A DNA stretch of 64,000 nucleotides from Chiloscyllium plagiosum. Lineage: Eukaryota. Below, in pieces: positions 1 through 13,187 of the stretch. The notes beneath the pieces are model-generated. The model saw only the letters and a program-made list of their open reading frames with translations. It did no database searches and was not told the origin of the DNA. The DNA lies in contig NC_057748.1 of assembly GCF_004010195.1 (NCBI RefSeq), positions 4,787,374-4,851,373 of the forward strand. The letters are read 5' to 3'. Every line of letters begins with the position of its first letter. Position 1 is the stretch's first letter. Made by a program: the position numbers and the translations under genes.

Positions 1-179
1 AAGTGAGCGTGAGAGTGAGGGTGGGGAGTGGGGAAGGGAGTGGGAGAGTAGGGTGGGGGGGTGGGGGGGTGGGGGGTGGGGCCCCTCCTCCCCCGGGTGT
101 TGACGCACAGACCTCTCTCCGGGACGGACACTAACCCAGCCCCAGCTTAACTCCCGCCCCGTTGCCGGTGACGACTGAC

Positions 180-460
180 CTGGGGCCTGGAATCTGTCGG
201 TGTCGCTGCTCGCGGCCTCCGGTTCCTGTTGTTGTCTGATTACGTCAACCACGTCACCGACCAATAGGAAACGGACCGATGACACAATCGACGTTTACGT
301 TATGGCGCAGGCGCACTGCCGATTGTGGGCCAAACCTGCGCAGGCGTACTGTCGATTCTACGACCCCCCCAACCCCCGCGCAGGCGCACAGCGGATACCC
401 TGTCCCAATGTAAATATGCGGAGTAGTGTCGCTTCACTGGGGACAGGGATCACGTGGCAG
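180..460 (-). promoter_or_regulatory. CpG-island promoter and probable non-coding first exon (about 180-235) of a minus-strand gene continuing left of the window
   Basis: CpG-dense. Minus-strand donor CAG|GTCAGT at 180/179. Two TGACGT ATF/CRE sites (241-256), CCAAT (261-265), three NRF1-type GCGCAGGCG(C/T)A motifs (305-315, 338-348, 378-388), E-box CACGTG (451-456). Confidence 0.7.
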
Positions 461-1343
461 CAAATAATTGGAATAAAGATTGTGTGATTATAGAGCAATA
501 ATTATGTGGCCAAGAGGGAAACACCACCACCCCAAAACTGCAGCTGAGTCCAACAGCATATCAATAACGGTCTTTCAATTTACAGAACCATTAAGAGTGC
601 TGGATGTTATTTGGCCCATCATGTCTACATCTGTTCTAGCCCCCAATGCCAATTTCATGTCTTTCCCCAGATATCCATGTACACTATTTCTTCCCAAATA
701 ATAATCCAATGCCCTTTTAAAAGCTTCAATTGAACTTGCCTCCATTCCATTTCCAGGCAAATTTAATTTTTGAACTCAAGGTTAGGTATCTCAGACCAAC
801 CTGATTATTATATAAACTTTTTTTATGTGTTCAAGGGATATGGGTGTCCCAGGGATTTATTACCCATCCCTAATTACCCAAGTGTCATCCACAGTGGACC
901 TCGAGTCACAAGTAACTATAGATTTCCTCTAAGAATACTAGTGAACTAGATGGAATTTTACAACAGTGATAAAACATTCATATTCAGATTTTTACAGAAT
1001 TTAATTACACTACCACCATGATGGAAATCTGAACACATATCCCCAGAATATTAACATGAGGCTCTGAATTACTAGTCCAGTGACATTATCAATACGTCAT
1101 CACCTCCCCAATTAGTCTTGAGTCACAGCACCTTCACTCTAGCTATCATATCCACTTTTTCTGAGATGTAACATACTACTGGAGCAAATGGTATTTGAAC
1201 CAAGCCTTTATGACCTGAGGTAGGGGCACTACCACAAACCCATGCACCCTTAGTCTATATTGAGTTTAACTAACCTCAGCTCATGTAACTATCTGAAATT
1301 TAAAGAAGAGTGTTTGGCATTCTCGGCAACTGTAGGGAGAAGA

Positions 1344-1435
1344 GTTAATATTTTGGGTTAGTGATTTTCCATCCGAAGTCATGCTTTCGTTAATATTTTG
1401 GGTTAGTGATTTTTTTCATCTGAAATCATGCTTTC
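1344..1435. repeat. Two-copy tandem duplication of a ~45-bp unit
   Basis: gttaatattttgggttagtgattt...tcatgctttc occurs twice, back to back. Confidence 0.85.
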
Positions 1436-3366
1436 ATAACCCATCATCTCCTTTCAGTGCCCCCCACATTCATTACACACAATAGGAAAATTGACTGAGA
1501 CAGATCATCAAAGGTTTGCATTTATTATGGTTTTCAGAAAACTATGTAAAAGGATCAGGTTCCTTCGGGTCAGGAGACATGATAGAATTGATCCTTTGCT
1601 CCTGATGCATCAAGGCTAGGCTTAGTATTTACAATATTCAAGATTTCCACTCTTCAGGTTGAGATTGGCAACCTATGTTGGTCAAAATGAGATCCTTACC
1701 AGCAAACAGAATAAGATCACCCACACACAAGCCAGGCAATATCTGAGCACCAATATCCTTGAGATGGTCAGATGTATCACTAAACATATTGCAGGGATGA
1801 GTTTTTTGTATTCGCACTTGTAAGAACACAAGTGTTTGTGATGAACTGAATTGAAAGTTTTTCTTAAACCCAAACTATAAAATGGCTTCAGGCCAAGAGA
1901 GAAGTGACTGTACTGCATGGGTCTGTACCAAACCAATGGGAAAAAAAACGAGACAGGGTAAACTCTGCTCTGATCCTGTCGGCGCCCAGAGATTTCCTAA
2001 GGTAGCACCAGTGACAGAAGACAGAATAAACTTCTGACACAAGGCATGCCACACAAAGACAATACCAGGGCGTTCAAACTTGCCAGGGTATAATTGTTGC
2101 TAAAGGATATCCCCACCTTCTCAATCATACGGTGTAATCTGTTCATATAAGAGCAGTATCAGGCACTGTTGAAAACGCCCAAGGTAAAAACTACAGGAAC
2201 CAATAAGCAACATTTCCTTTCTCCAAAATTTTCAATGTAACCTACCCCTTAGAGTACAGAGCTGCAGGTACTTATCCGCATGCCATTCTGCAAGATTTGA
2301 CAACAGGCAAACTCAATCCTTATCAGCCCCATGCTGCCATTGCTAAAGCCCACTTCCAGACTGCAGTCAGGCCAATACCTCTCTTGCCCACTTGAGCCAA
2401 AAAGAAAACCTCAAGGTTAATTGTAACTTCCCCCAGGTAGTTCCACCAGAGATTGGATCCTTAGGCATCGGACTCAAACGTTGGATGGGATCTTCCTGTT
2501 TATGACCTGTGCTAAATCTGGAGTTGGGGGGGGGGGACACAGAAACTGTTTTTTATTTAGGGGATGGTGAAGCTGTTACCAAGCAGAATAAAAGGCAAGA
2601 GCAGGTTGCATTTTAAGGGATAGTTAATGTAACTGAGTTTGTTTTTATTATTTTGAAATAAAGCGTGGTCAGTAAAAATTAAACATCACAGAGCGGGCAA
2701 AATCGCTTAAGTTAAAACTGAACCATGAGCCTTTTTCTTTAAACAATTACATGAGTACACCAATATCACAATAACTTGGTGACATGGAAACAAGTGGGAT
2801 CATGACCAGCATGAGGTATGACCAGGATACGCGATATATAAGCAGTCATTTCCAGAGAGACAGCCCTGCTCTGCAGTTATGTTGCATAAACATGCACTGC
2901 ACGTAGGGAGCTAGCAGAATGATCATTTGGATTTTCAGCCAGGCAGCTTGGAAGGATGCAACAGCTCGAGTCTTAGGAGGTACTACAGTGGCAACACTCC
3001 CACGAGAAATGAAGATTGGGAGCAGGTAACCTCCGGTGGGTTCATGTATTGAGTGCACTGTTTAACATTCTATTACACAGGTGAGAAAATAACCTACCAC
3101 AGAAACAAAATGGGAGGGAACTTTTCATTTAAAAAAATCTATACAACTTAATGAACAGGCAAAACATTCAAAACAGATTAGATGCAGCGTTACAGTAACG
3201 TCTCTCACTCACTTCAGATCCAATTGGCAACTTCCTCCTCCTCTGGCACATCCTGTGCACTTTCATCAATAGCAGAGGGGAGGGGACTTGGGTGGGGGTG
3301 GGAGAGGGGGGTTGAAGGGGCTGGGGCAGGGTGGGGCAAAAATATTCCACAGACATTTAAAAAACT

Positions 3367-3372
3367 TTTATT
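3367..3372 (-). terminator. Candidate poly(A) signal of UBE2M
   Basis: AATAAA on the minus strand ~360 nt after the stop. Alternative hexamers at 3534-3539 and near 2553 and 2644. Confidence 0.5.
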
Positions 3373-3729
3373 AACATAAAGACTTCAGCACTCCTCAAGT
3401 GAAATACACTTACAATAAATTTAATTGAGTGGGTGGGGGTTGTTGGGGCAGGGGAGGGGGAAGGAGAGAACCAAAACTATTTCAAACTTCCTGGCATGCT
3501 CTAGAGCTAGTACGACAATCAAGCAGTCCTCTTTTTATTTTTAAAATTCCAATTCGGAGATTTCCTTCCTGTGGCAAATATGCTGAGAGGCGTAAGTGGA
3601 AACTGCCCCCTCAGTCTCTCTATGGCCCTCCTGCTTTCAGTCGAGTATTTTGTAATGTTTTTATATATCGAAGTATGTCAGATTTTTTTTCCTCTCTCTC
3701 TGTGGCCTCAGTTTGTGCTCTCTGAGCCC

Positions 3730-3870
3730 CTATTTAAGGCATCGCTCAAAGTAAGTGGAGCCAATGTAGCCTCCCCGCATGGATCGCTGCACATTCTGTT
3801 CAAAGAGACGTCTGTTGTTCTGAAGGACTTCTGCTGCCTCCTTGTTCAGGGGGTCCTCAGGGTTAGGTTC
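3730..3870 (-). CDS. UBE2M: NEDD8-conjugating enzyme Ubc12, exon 6 (last)
   Basis: [46 protein letters not shown] matches the human UBE2M C-terminus as recalled. AG acceptor at 3872-3871, TAG stop at 3732-3730. Confidence 0.98.
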
Positions 3871-4064
3871 CTGGGAGCCAGAGAGGGAGAGAAGAAAGAA
3901 AACAAAAGGAGACACGTGCTTAAATCTACTGGGACTTTGCACATGAGAAGTCAGGACAGAATCAACACCTCATGTCCGCAGGATCGGTTGTGAGTTAATG
4001 CTCTTCCCTCCCCATTTGAAAACTGTAGCTATTTCAGGACGTGACCACAGATATCAAAGTTAAC

Positions 4065-4390
4065 ACTCATGCTGCACTGTTGAAGTGTCACCTTTCAGAT
4101 GGGGCGTAAAACCGAGCCACTGCCAGCTCACTCAGGGACACGTTAAAAAAAAGACGGGGGTATTATTTCAAACAGCAAAGAAATGATTCAATATTTATCC
4201 CTCGATCAGTGTCGCCAAACATTATTATCCAGTCATTATCGCACTGTCCTGTGGGTGAGCTTGCTATGTGCAAATTGGCAGCTGCATTCCCTACATTACA
4301 ACAACAAGTACACTTTGAAAGTACTTCATTGGCTGTAGATAGATTTGGGATTGCCTGATATTGTGAAAGCCACTATATAAATCTTTCTCA
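4065..4390 (+). mobile_element. Deu-domain SINE (SacSINE1/AmnSINE-like) fragment
   Basis: Recalled Deu-domain signature gctgcactgt...ctttcagatg...aaaccgag...aatatttatccctc, followed by the typical 3' tail. Confidence 0.6.
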
Positions 4391-4689
4391 GAGCATGCCA
4401 GTAACAGTCTGTTTACAGTCCTCACTGCAGGAGATTGCAAAGCATGTCATTAACCCAAGTGTTGTGACCTCTGGTGACCCGTGTGCCCAAAATGTTGAAA
4501 TGCTCTTCCTCTTGCCCGATAATTTGGATAAATAACACCAGAGAAGGGGTGTGGTTGTCAGTTTTCAAGACCATGTTGGACGTAAGGGTGTATGTTGCCT
4601 TTTTAAAAAATAAATGAGATGTTAGTGAGTTTTCCAACTTGTGCCTGGGAAGTTTTTTGTGATATTTAGCACTCCAATAGGAATAATGC

Positions 4690-5280
4690 TAAAGAACAAC
4701 TTCCATTTACATATTCTCTTGAATGCAGTAAAGACATCCCAAAGTGTTGCTCAGGCACATTATCAAATTGAAGTTCGTAAACACGAAGATCCGATGTGCA
4801 GAGAAAAAAAAAGGCATTTGCAGCACACTTTCATGACTAGCCAGCTCTGTCAAAAATGCTTTACAGCCAATGAGGTACTGATAAAAAGTGTAATCATTGT
4901 TGTAATATCAGAAATGTGGAAGCTAATTTGGATGACTGGAAGCTCCCATAAACCGTAATGTGATAATGGCCAGGTAGTGTGTTTATAAACATGTTAATTG
5001 GGGGATAAATATTGGCCAGGGCACAAGAGGAGAACTCCTCTGCTCTTTGCAAAATCGTTACGATGCAGGAGGCCATTCAGTCCATCTTCTTCAAAATAGA
5101 CAGATCGGATCTTTTACAAACACCTGGGCAGCCACTGGGGGGTTCAGTTTAACTGTCATCCACAAGACGACAGCTCCAATAATGCATTGCTCCCTCAGTA
5201 TGGTCCTGGAATATCAGCCAGGATCTCAAAACTCAAGTCCTGGAATTGGACACAGAGCCTTGTGACTCAGAGGCAAAGTT
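4690..5280 (-). mobile_element. Deu-domain SINE copy, opposite orientation
   Basis: gggataaatattggccagg...gctccctcagta is the reverse complement of the same domain. Further decayed copies near 17755-17900 and 59720-60000. Confidence 0.6.
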
Positions 5281-6904
5281 ATACCAAAGGTGCTGAGGAT
5301 GCCCCTCAATTACATAGCCACAGATCTAAATCTATCCTAATCCACAAGCTACTATAGCTTGAAATTATCAGACCACTGAAGATACTATAATGGGGAAACT
5401 GTAGGTTAATACAAATAGTTATCATTGTGTCAGCTGATACTGCTTATTTCGAATGGTGCGGACGGTATAGCTGTTAGAAGCTCCATCCAGTGGCAGAAGA
5501 CTGCAGCTGCAGGCATAACCACATGTACGGAGTTAGAAAGCTACATATCGGATTTAATTTTTTTAAAAATCTCATTCACATAGTGAAAAGTCAGCAACTG
5601 TAACAAGAACAATAGATTCAACCAAGGAAAGCAGAACCACTTGCGCACAGCGAGTGCTCAAGCTGAGGATCCCAAACCCTGGGAAATGGGATTCTGAAAG
5701 GCAAGCTTCATCCTACACTTACTTACATATCTTATTACTGATTTATCTTCTTTAATGATCTTGGACCAGGACCTTGGAGAGGGCTTAGCACTGTTCCCAA
5801 CCTGGTGAATAGATCCCACATCATAGCACCAGGTCGGTTCAGCTATGCAGTAAATGGGAACGTACAAGTCAGAAGCAGGAATAACCTCTTTGGCTCCTTC
5901 AGCCTGCTTTGTCATTCAATAAGGTCATGACAGATCTGACTGTAACAACAACCCCAGAGTACCGCCTAAGATCTTTCTGCCAAAGTATAGCGAGAGTCTA
6001 TTAAGATTCAAGACCTTCGAGTTTGCCTTAAAGCTATCTAAATACAGCAAGCTTATCGGCACTCTTAGTAAGCTGGCAAAAATTATATACCTGAAATACT
6101 GGACATTTACTGTATTCTTGCAATCTCCCAGTAGTCAGGTGAGGGTGCAAATGGGAAGGCTCGCTGCTGATACATTTCATTTAAGGTGAAGGTGCATTAT
6201 TATTTAAGTGATTTATGCTGTAAATAAAGTATAACAGTGATGGGTCTACCTCCAGAATTATGTTTTTATTACTAGTTTGTGTTTTTACATTGGCTACGTG
6301 GACATTTTGATCAACTAACACACTCTTGGTCCCATAGGGGCCGGTTTATTAAAAAAAACTTTGCTGTTGTTTCCTTGCATTATTAAAAAATGCCCTATTT
6401 TGGTACTAAATTTAAGCTATAACAAGGAATGTCAGAATTCCACTATATTTTCTGCAAAGTCTGTGTGAATCTGTGCTCTACTTGTTTCTTTTTAAACTTG
6501 TAGATAATTTATGAATAAAGTCTGTTTTTGGAATTTAAAAAAAAACTCCACAATATCCTTCCTATCCCAAAATAACCTTGCATACCAAGGATTTACCCCA
6601 GCCTTAAAAAAAAGTTCAACGGCTCTACTTTCACTGCCTTTGAGGAAGTGGGATCCAAAGCCTTATGATGCTCTGAGAGTAAAGAATTGCACCTCATCTC
6701 TGTCTTAAATGAAAAACCCTTTTTTAAACAGAGACTCCTAGTTCTAGAAAATATTGATACATGACCCATGAGGCCCCTTTGATAAGCATTCAAGATGGCC
6801 ATAACTGCAACTTGCTTGGACACTCCTAAGCTCACAAAAATGTGATTGGCAAAAGTGGTTTCACCACTACGTAAAAATAAGTTCCGAGCAGCTTGTCCAC
6901 TTAC

Positions 6905-6968
6905 CAAAAAAAGGTACTGTAGCCCATAAATTATAGAGTTTATTGTTAATACAGGTTTCCAGTCCTCT
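6905..6968 (-). CDS. UBE2M: UBE2M exon 5
   Basis: (R)[21 protein letters not shown]; CAG acceptor and GTAAGT donor; phase fits both neighbouring exons. Confidence 0.97.
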
Positions 6969-7054
6969 CTGTGCAAAGAAAACAGCAAGATGATGAAGTG
7001 AATAACTTGCACAATTATCTTCACCTTATGAAGCGCAGCAGCACATAATCTTTT

Positions 7055-7915
7055 AGAATAGAATCCTTACAGTGTGGAAACAGGCCCTTCAGGCCGACAA
7101 CTCAACACTGTCCATCTGAAGAGTAACCCACCCAGACCCATTCCCCTACCCTATATTTACCCCTGACTAATGCACCTAAACCTACACATCCCTGAACACT
7201 ACGGGCAATTTTAGCATGGCCAATTCACTCTAACCTTTCTTGTTCAATAAATAGTAATTGAGTAAATAAACCTCACCTTCCTCCAGCATCAGTGCACAAA
7301 ACAGAGTTACGCACAATTACCACTTCTGTAATTTAATCATTCCTATCCTATCCTGTCAGAGACCTTCCTCTTTCTTCCTCTCACTCTCAGCTCTCTACTG
7401 CTTACAATAGAATCACAGAATTATTACAGCTCAGAAGACCGGGGTATCTGCTCTTGTCCTTTGAAGAAACAATTCACTTCGTGCCACTCCCCGACTTTTC
7501 TCTGTGCAATCCTACAGTTTTGCTTTTCAGATAATAACCCAATTGAACATGCTTGCACTGCACTCTGAGATGCAGTGCGTTCCAGATCCTAACCACACCG
7601 TGCGTGAAAATAGTTTTTCTGTTACTTCCTTTGCCAATTACCTTGAATCTGCACCCTCACAGTACCAGAGATACAGGATCAATTCCACCCTTGGGTGACT
7701 GTCTGTGTGGAGTTTGCATATTCTCCCTGTGTCTGCATGCGTTTCCTACAGGTGCTCCAACTTCCTCCCACAGACCAAAGGTGTGCAGGTCAGGATGGAT
7801 TGGTTTTGGGAAATGCAGGATTACAGGGATAGGGTAGGGGGCTGGGTCTGGGTGGGATGTTGTTCAGAGGATTAGTGTGGACTCGATGAGCCAAACTGCC
7901 TGGTTCCACACTGTG
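7055..7915. mobile_element. Two HE1-type SINE fragments (7055-7230 minus, 7655-7915 plus)
   Basis: Share the gtgtggagtttgca...ttctccctgtgtctgc core and the CR1-like tail with the full-length copies. Confidence 0.75.
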
Positions 7916-8804
7916 GCAACGCTATGATGCTAAGAACAGAATCACTGGACACCAAACCACAGAAGGTGGTTCCATGGTCCCAGAACATTGCTTTTTTCCC
8001 CCACAACCCAATATATTTTACCCCTTTAAGTATCCATTGTAAATCTGTCTCCATTGCCTTTTCTAGTCATATATTCCAGTTCACAACTTGATCTGTAAAA
8101 CAATTCACCACAGGCTCTTTTGCCAATTATTTTACACCTTTTCTTCTGGCTGCCGACACTTTGCAAGTGGAAAGAATTCAACCCCATTAGCTGTATCAAA
8201 ATGTTCTTCTTTCTCAATGACTCCATTAAAAGTACTCTATTTTCAAAGATCCACGTACATGCAGTCCCAGATCCCTCGGTTCCTGTACCCCATTTAAAAC
8301 TGCTTCAACCGTACAACCTCGCATGTGCTGTTTCCCCTCATTCTGCCTACATTCTGAAATATATTATTTGAATTTTCTCTGTATTACTGACCAAATTCAC
8401 ATCCACAAAATAAATCTTCAGATTAAATGTCATGGTTACAGATTTCAGATACTTCAACTTCTCCTGCCTGTCTTTTACAAGTTGCTCAACATTTCATTTA
8501 AAATGCCATCCCTTCGTTCCCTTTCGGTTCTAATTCAGATAGCAGCGCGATCCCAGTGGCTAGCCTCAAGTGAAACGCCAAGGAACTTTTCCTTGGAACA
8601 AAGGAGATTGACTGCAAACAAAGATTATGTCAGGTCTTGATAGGGTGGACAAAGAAAAACAACCCGCATTAGCTAATCGTAGAAAGAGGAGGAACACAGA
8701 TTTAAGATAAGAGATTCTAAGGACATGTCAGGATGAACTTTCTTTCAGTGAAGAAGATTGTAATCATCCAGATCTCATGAGCTAAGAGGCTAGTGGAATG
8801 CATA

Positions 8805-9145
8805 TAAAATTATGAAGGGAATGAATAAGATAGAGGTAGAGAGGATGTTTCCACTGGCAGATGAAACTAGGACAAGAGGGCATAGCCTCAAAATTAGGGG
8901 GAGCAGATTTAGGACTGAATTGAGAACAAACTTCTTCACCCAGAGGGTTGTGAATCTATGGAAGCGGTCGAGGCTTCCTCAGTAAATGTTTTTAAAGCTC
9001 AGATAGATACTTTTTCCTACAGTCAAGGAATTGAGGGTAACGGAGAGAGATAAGGTAAATGGAGCTGAGGCCATGAAAAGATCAGCCATGTTCTTACTGA
9101 ATGGCTTGAAGGGCCAGATGGCCTACTCCTGCTCCTGGTTCTTAC
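8805..9145 (+). mobile_element. CR1-type LINE 3' fragment
   Basis: Encodes the decayed CR1 ORF2 end (YKIMKG...TRGHSLK...FFTQRVVNLW), followed by a 3' UTR. Confidence 0.8.
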
Positions 9146-9563
9146 ATATTTCAAAAAGAAATTGGATATGTGTTTAAGAGGAATTAGCTGGCAGTGCTTT
9201 GGGAGTACAGTGAACTTCAGACAGCCAGCATGGACTCACTGGGCTAAATGGCCTCTGTCTGTGTCATAATGACTGGTTTCCATCCATCTCCTCAGTCAGA
9301 AAGCCCACCCAAGAACTACTTATGAAGCTGTCTGTTTTGCAGACATTATCCAGTGAAGGAACCAGAAACCAGTTGTCGAGCTGCTGAACTTGGTGCATTA
9401 ATGGCATATCTCAGCACACCATGTCTATAAACCACACAAATACAATAACCTGACCACAAGAAAATACAACCTCGATTCAAATGTACAACAGCTCATCAAA
9501 GCCAGAGAAATAATTCCAAACGTGCACACAGCCTGCAGACCTTCTGATCAAACTTCGACCTAC

Positions 9564-9667
9564 CTGAGGATGTTTAGGCAAACATTGCCTTCTAGATCGA
9601 TGTTTGGATGATATACCATAGTTTCACATTTCACCTTCGGAGGGTCGTGAGGGTACCCTTGTCCAAC
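9564..9667 (-). CDS. UBE2M: UBE2M exon 4 (catalytic Cys)
   Basis: [34 protein letters not shown](R): contains the HPN motif and active-site Cys; AG/GT boundaries. Confidence 0.98.
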
Positions 9668-9887
9668 CTGCAAAGACAGATGCTTGCATAGGAACGAGGA
9701 ACAGTATCAGCCACTTGAGTCTGCTCCGCCGCTCAACAAGTTGGAGACTCACCTGATAGAATATTTTAGCGCAATACAGGTCCTCGATGTTGCGCTAACC
9801 TGTGAAACCAATCTAAAGTCTATCTAACCTACACTATTCCACTTCCATCCATATGCCTATCCAATGACCATTTAAATGCCCTTTTTT

Positions 9888-10220
9888 TTAGATTAGATTA
9901 GATTAGATTAGATTAGATTAGATTACAGTGTGGAAACAGGCCCTTCGGCCCAACAAGTCCACACCGACCCGCCGAAGCGAAACCCACCCATACCCCTACA
10001 TTTACCCCTTACCTAACACTACGGGCAATTTAGCATGGCCAATTCACCTAACCTGCACATCTTTGGACTGTGGGAGGAAACCGGAGCACCCGGAGGAAAC
10101 CCACGCAGACACGGGGAGAACGTGCAAACTCCACACAGTCAGTCGCCTGAGTCGGGAATTGAACCCGGGTCTCTGGCGCTGCGAGGCAGCAGTGCTAACC
10201 ACTGTGCCACCGTGCCGCCC
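9888..10220 (-). mobile_element. Full-length young HE1-type tRNA-derived SINE with (AATCT)n tail, nested in a CR1 fragment (about 9770-10460)
   Basis: GGGCGGCACGGTGGCACAGTGG A-box, GGTTCAATTCCC B-box and (TTAGA)n on the plus strand; near-identical to the copy at 20958. Confidence 0.9.
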
Positions 10221-11702
10221 ACTAACGTCAGAGAATCTACTACTGCTGCAGACAGGCCCGTTCCACAACCCTACTACTTTCTGAGTAAAGAAACTACCCT
10301 GATATTTGTCCTAAATCTATCACCCATCAATTTAAAGCTACGTCCCCTCGTGCTAGCCATCGCCATCCGAGGAAAAAGACTCTCACTGTCCTCCCTATCT
10401 AACCCTCTGGTTATCTTATGTGTCTCAATTAAGTCACCTCTCAACCTTTTCATCTCTAATGAAAAGTTGATCTAGGTCTCAACTCTGCCATTTTCCTGCC
10501 TGTTCCTCACAACCCTCAACCGCCCGGTGGTTCAAGAATCCACCAGGTTCAGCCTTGAATAGATTCAATGACCCAGCCTCCAGAGCTCACAGGAATAGAG
10601 AATTCTAACAAATTTCTACCCTTGGGAAGACAATCCTCATCTCTGAGGGAACAAGACTGACTACATTACTCCACAGAGAACCAGCAGAGACCCCATGGGT
10701 CGTGAATGTTTTTATGATTCCATTTAAATCGCTTACCTTTCATTCTAAAACCGTGCCCTCTTGTTCTTGACTCCTCCACGAGGGAAGACATCCTTCGCTA
10801 TCCGCCCTGTGAAAGCCCTACCCTCAGAAACTTTCAGGCTTCAATAAGATCACCGCTCATTCTCCAATCTCCAATTTTAGCTCCATTTTGTGCAACCTTT
10901 CCTTGTGACACAAACCCCCTCATCCCAGAAATCAATTGAGTGAACGTCCTCTGAATTGCCTCCAGTGCAACAGCGTCGCTCTTTAACAGCACTGTGTGTG
11001 TATGTGCACCACATGGACTGCAGTGGCTCAAGAAAGCAGTTTCCCGCCACCATCGAGGGCAATTGGGGATGGACAATAAATGCTGCCCCAGCCAGCAATA
11101 CTATCCTCCTGTGAAAGATTTTAATACCTTAATTCAGAAGACCAAAATGCACATAATATTCTAGATGTGTCTCACCAACATATATGTACATATAAGCAAT
11201 CACAGTGTGTCTGACTACACCTTCAGTGTGGTTGGATGATTAATGTAACAGAATGGTTGTGGAAAATCTACAGTGGATGTGTGAGGTTGGTGAAAGAAAG
11301 ACACCAGTGACACACCATGACAGGTCTCCTTGTGGGAGTAACTGCAAGCAGCAGTAGCTTCCAATCATTTACCCAACATATCCAAGCGTGTTGAGAACTC
11401 TTTACTCTGTTTATGTACAGAGCTATACATTGACTTGCCTGAGGGGTTCAGCAGCAGGTTATGAGCTGGCACTTATTTTGGCTGGCCAGCTCAAATTTAC
11501 GCAGACTTGTGTCCAAACTGGTGGAAATTGCACAATTCAAATCCCACTGAAGGCAAAGCAACTCTGAATGAGAAATTCCTGAAGTTGAGCCTCGTCCTTT
11601 GGTTCAATCGGGCTTAAGGTTGCACTTCTAAAACTCAGGAACGCAGTTTAGATGTTTGCAATGTACAATTCTCGTGTGACAGTACACTTACCCTCCACTT
11701 AC

Positions 11703-11741
11703 CTTAAAGCTAAACACAAATTTCCCTCCTTTATAGAACCC
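11703..11741 (-). CDS. UBE2M: UBE2M exon 3
   Basis: 39-nt exon GFYKGGKFVFSFK with CAG acceptor and GTAAGT donor. Confidence 0.96.
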
Positions 11742-13187
11742 CTGAAAGCAAAGAGAACAAAAGGTTTTTAACAAGAAATATTTGCTGACTGCAGTTAATA
11801 AAGACAATGACTGTGGCAAGTATTATCCCAGATATGTGGACTAAAGCTAATCAATCAAGTATTAAACCTTTTCCCATTCACACCATCACAGACTGTTAAT
11901 GTACACAGCCCCATGTGTTCCAAATCCCAGTGAAACAGAACACCTTCTCATGAGATGGGATTCAAGTCAATCAAACTCCTTCTTCATTCATTTCCAATAT
12001 ACCAAAGGGTAGAGATTTAAAATAACTGATCGCATACTCGGCGCATCACAGGGTTGTGAAAGCAAGAGCGCAAGGAACTGAGGGATTCAGTGTGTTGCTG
12101 TGATCTGGAATGCATTGTCTGTAGACTATTGGAAGCAGATTCAAGGATGCCTTTCAATATGGAGTTAGATAAAGACCTGCGAAGGCAGATATGTAGTCCA
12201 ATGGCAAAGAGCAAGGAAACTGAATGAAGTATATAGCTCTTTGAAAGAACAGGCATCACTCAATGGGAAAAGGGTTTCCTTCTGATGATTCTAGGACAAA
12301 CAGAACCTCATTAATCCAAACTTTTCCACCTCGTCATCACTGGACAGCATTCCACAATGAAGAGCAGGAGGCCACTTAGTGCCTCGACCTGTTCAACTAT
12401 TCACTGAGTCCACAGCTGTTCTATGTCCTAAATCTATGCCTCTGGCATATATCTCTGGTTAACAAAAATCCCTCACTCTAGGTTTTAAAATCAATTGACC
12501 CAGCAGCAACTCCCATTTGTGAAAGAGTTTCACAATCAGTCACCTTTTTCACCTAATTTCACCCTGAAAGATCTGACTCCAAAGTTTAGGATATGTTTCC
12601 TCATCCCAGACTCCAAATCTTTACCCATTTAGCACTCTCCAAACTCTCCCAGATGTAGAATCCCAACAGGAAAAATTGCTGTTACTTTTATTCCCCACTG
12701 GATCAACTTGCAATTAACCAAACCTCCCTCTCAGTTAGTCACAGGGTCAGAACTTTTGATACATTCACAAAGTACTGGAGAGGAATGGGTAGATGTGTTG
12801 GGGACAGGAGTGCCTTGCTGTACAAAGCATGTTTCTGTTTCACAATGTGTCATTTCATAACTCAAAAGTTAAGTGGATTCCTTAGAAATCTTATTTCACT
12901 TTTGAAAAATGATTAGGAATCAGACAATGGAATCTATGAGAAACACTGAAGCCACGATCTCACCACAAACCTATTCACCTCCTGCTCCTGAGAGAAACCT
13001 GCCTCCTGAAGATCCCCCATCTGGCTCCAGATTCCACCAAGGTAGTGTCTGCTGAAACCTACCACCTGAAGATAAACCGTACATGCTCACCTCTCTTTGA
13101 AAAATATGCCTATGCATATAAAATATAAAGCTGATTTTTAAAAATTCTACTTTATTTCCAGTGTTTCTCCCCACTTAGGCCAGAGGT

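Noticed and set aside
1500-2830. Possible decayed LTR-retroelement internal sequence
   Set aside because: No motif I could identify with confidence.
3571-3993. 140-aa plus-strand ORF
   Set aside because: Antisense shadow of the last UBE2M exon.
9928-10475. Recurrent ORFs with WPIHLTCTSLDCGRKPEHPEETHADTGR
   Set aside because: These are translations of the SINE, repeated at every copy.
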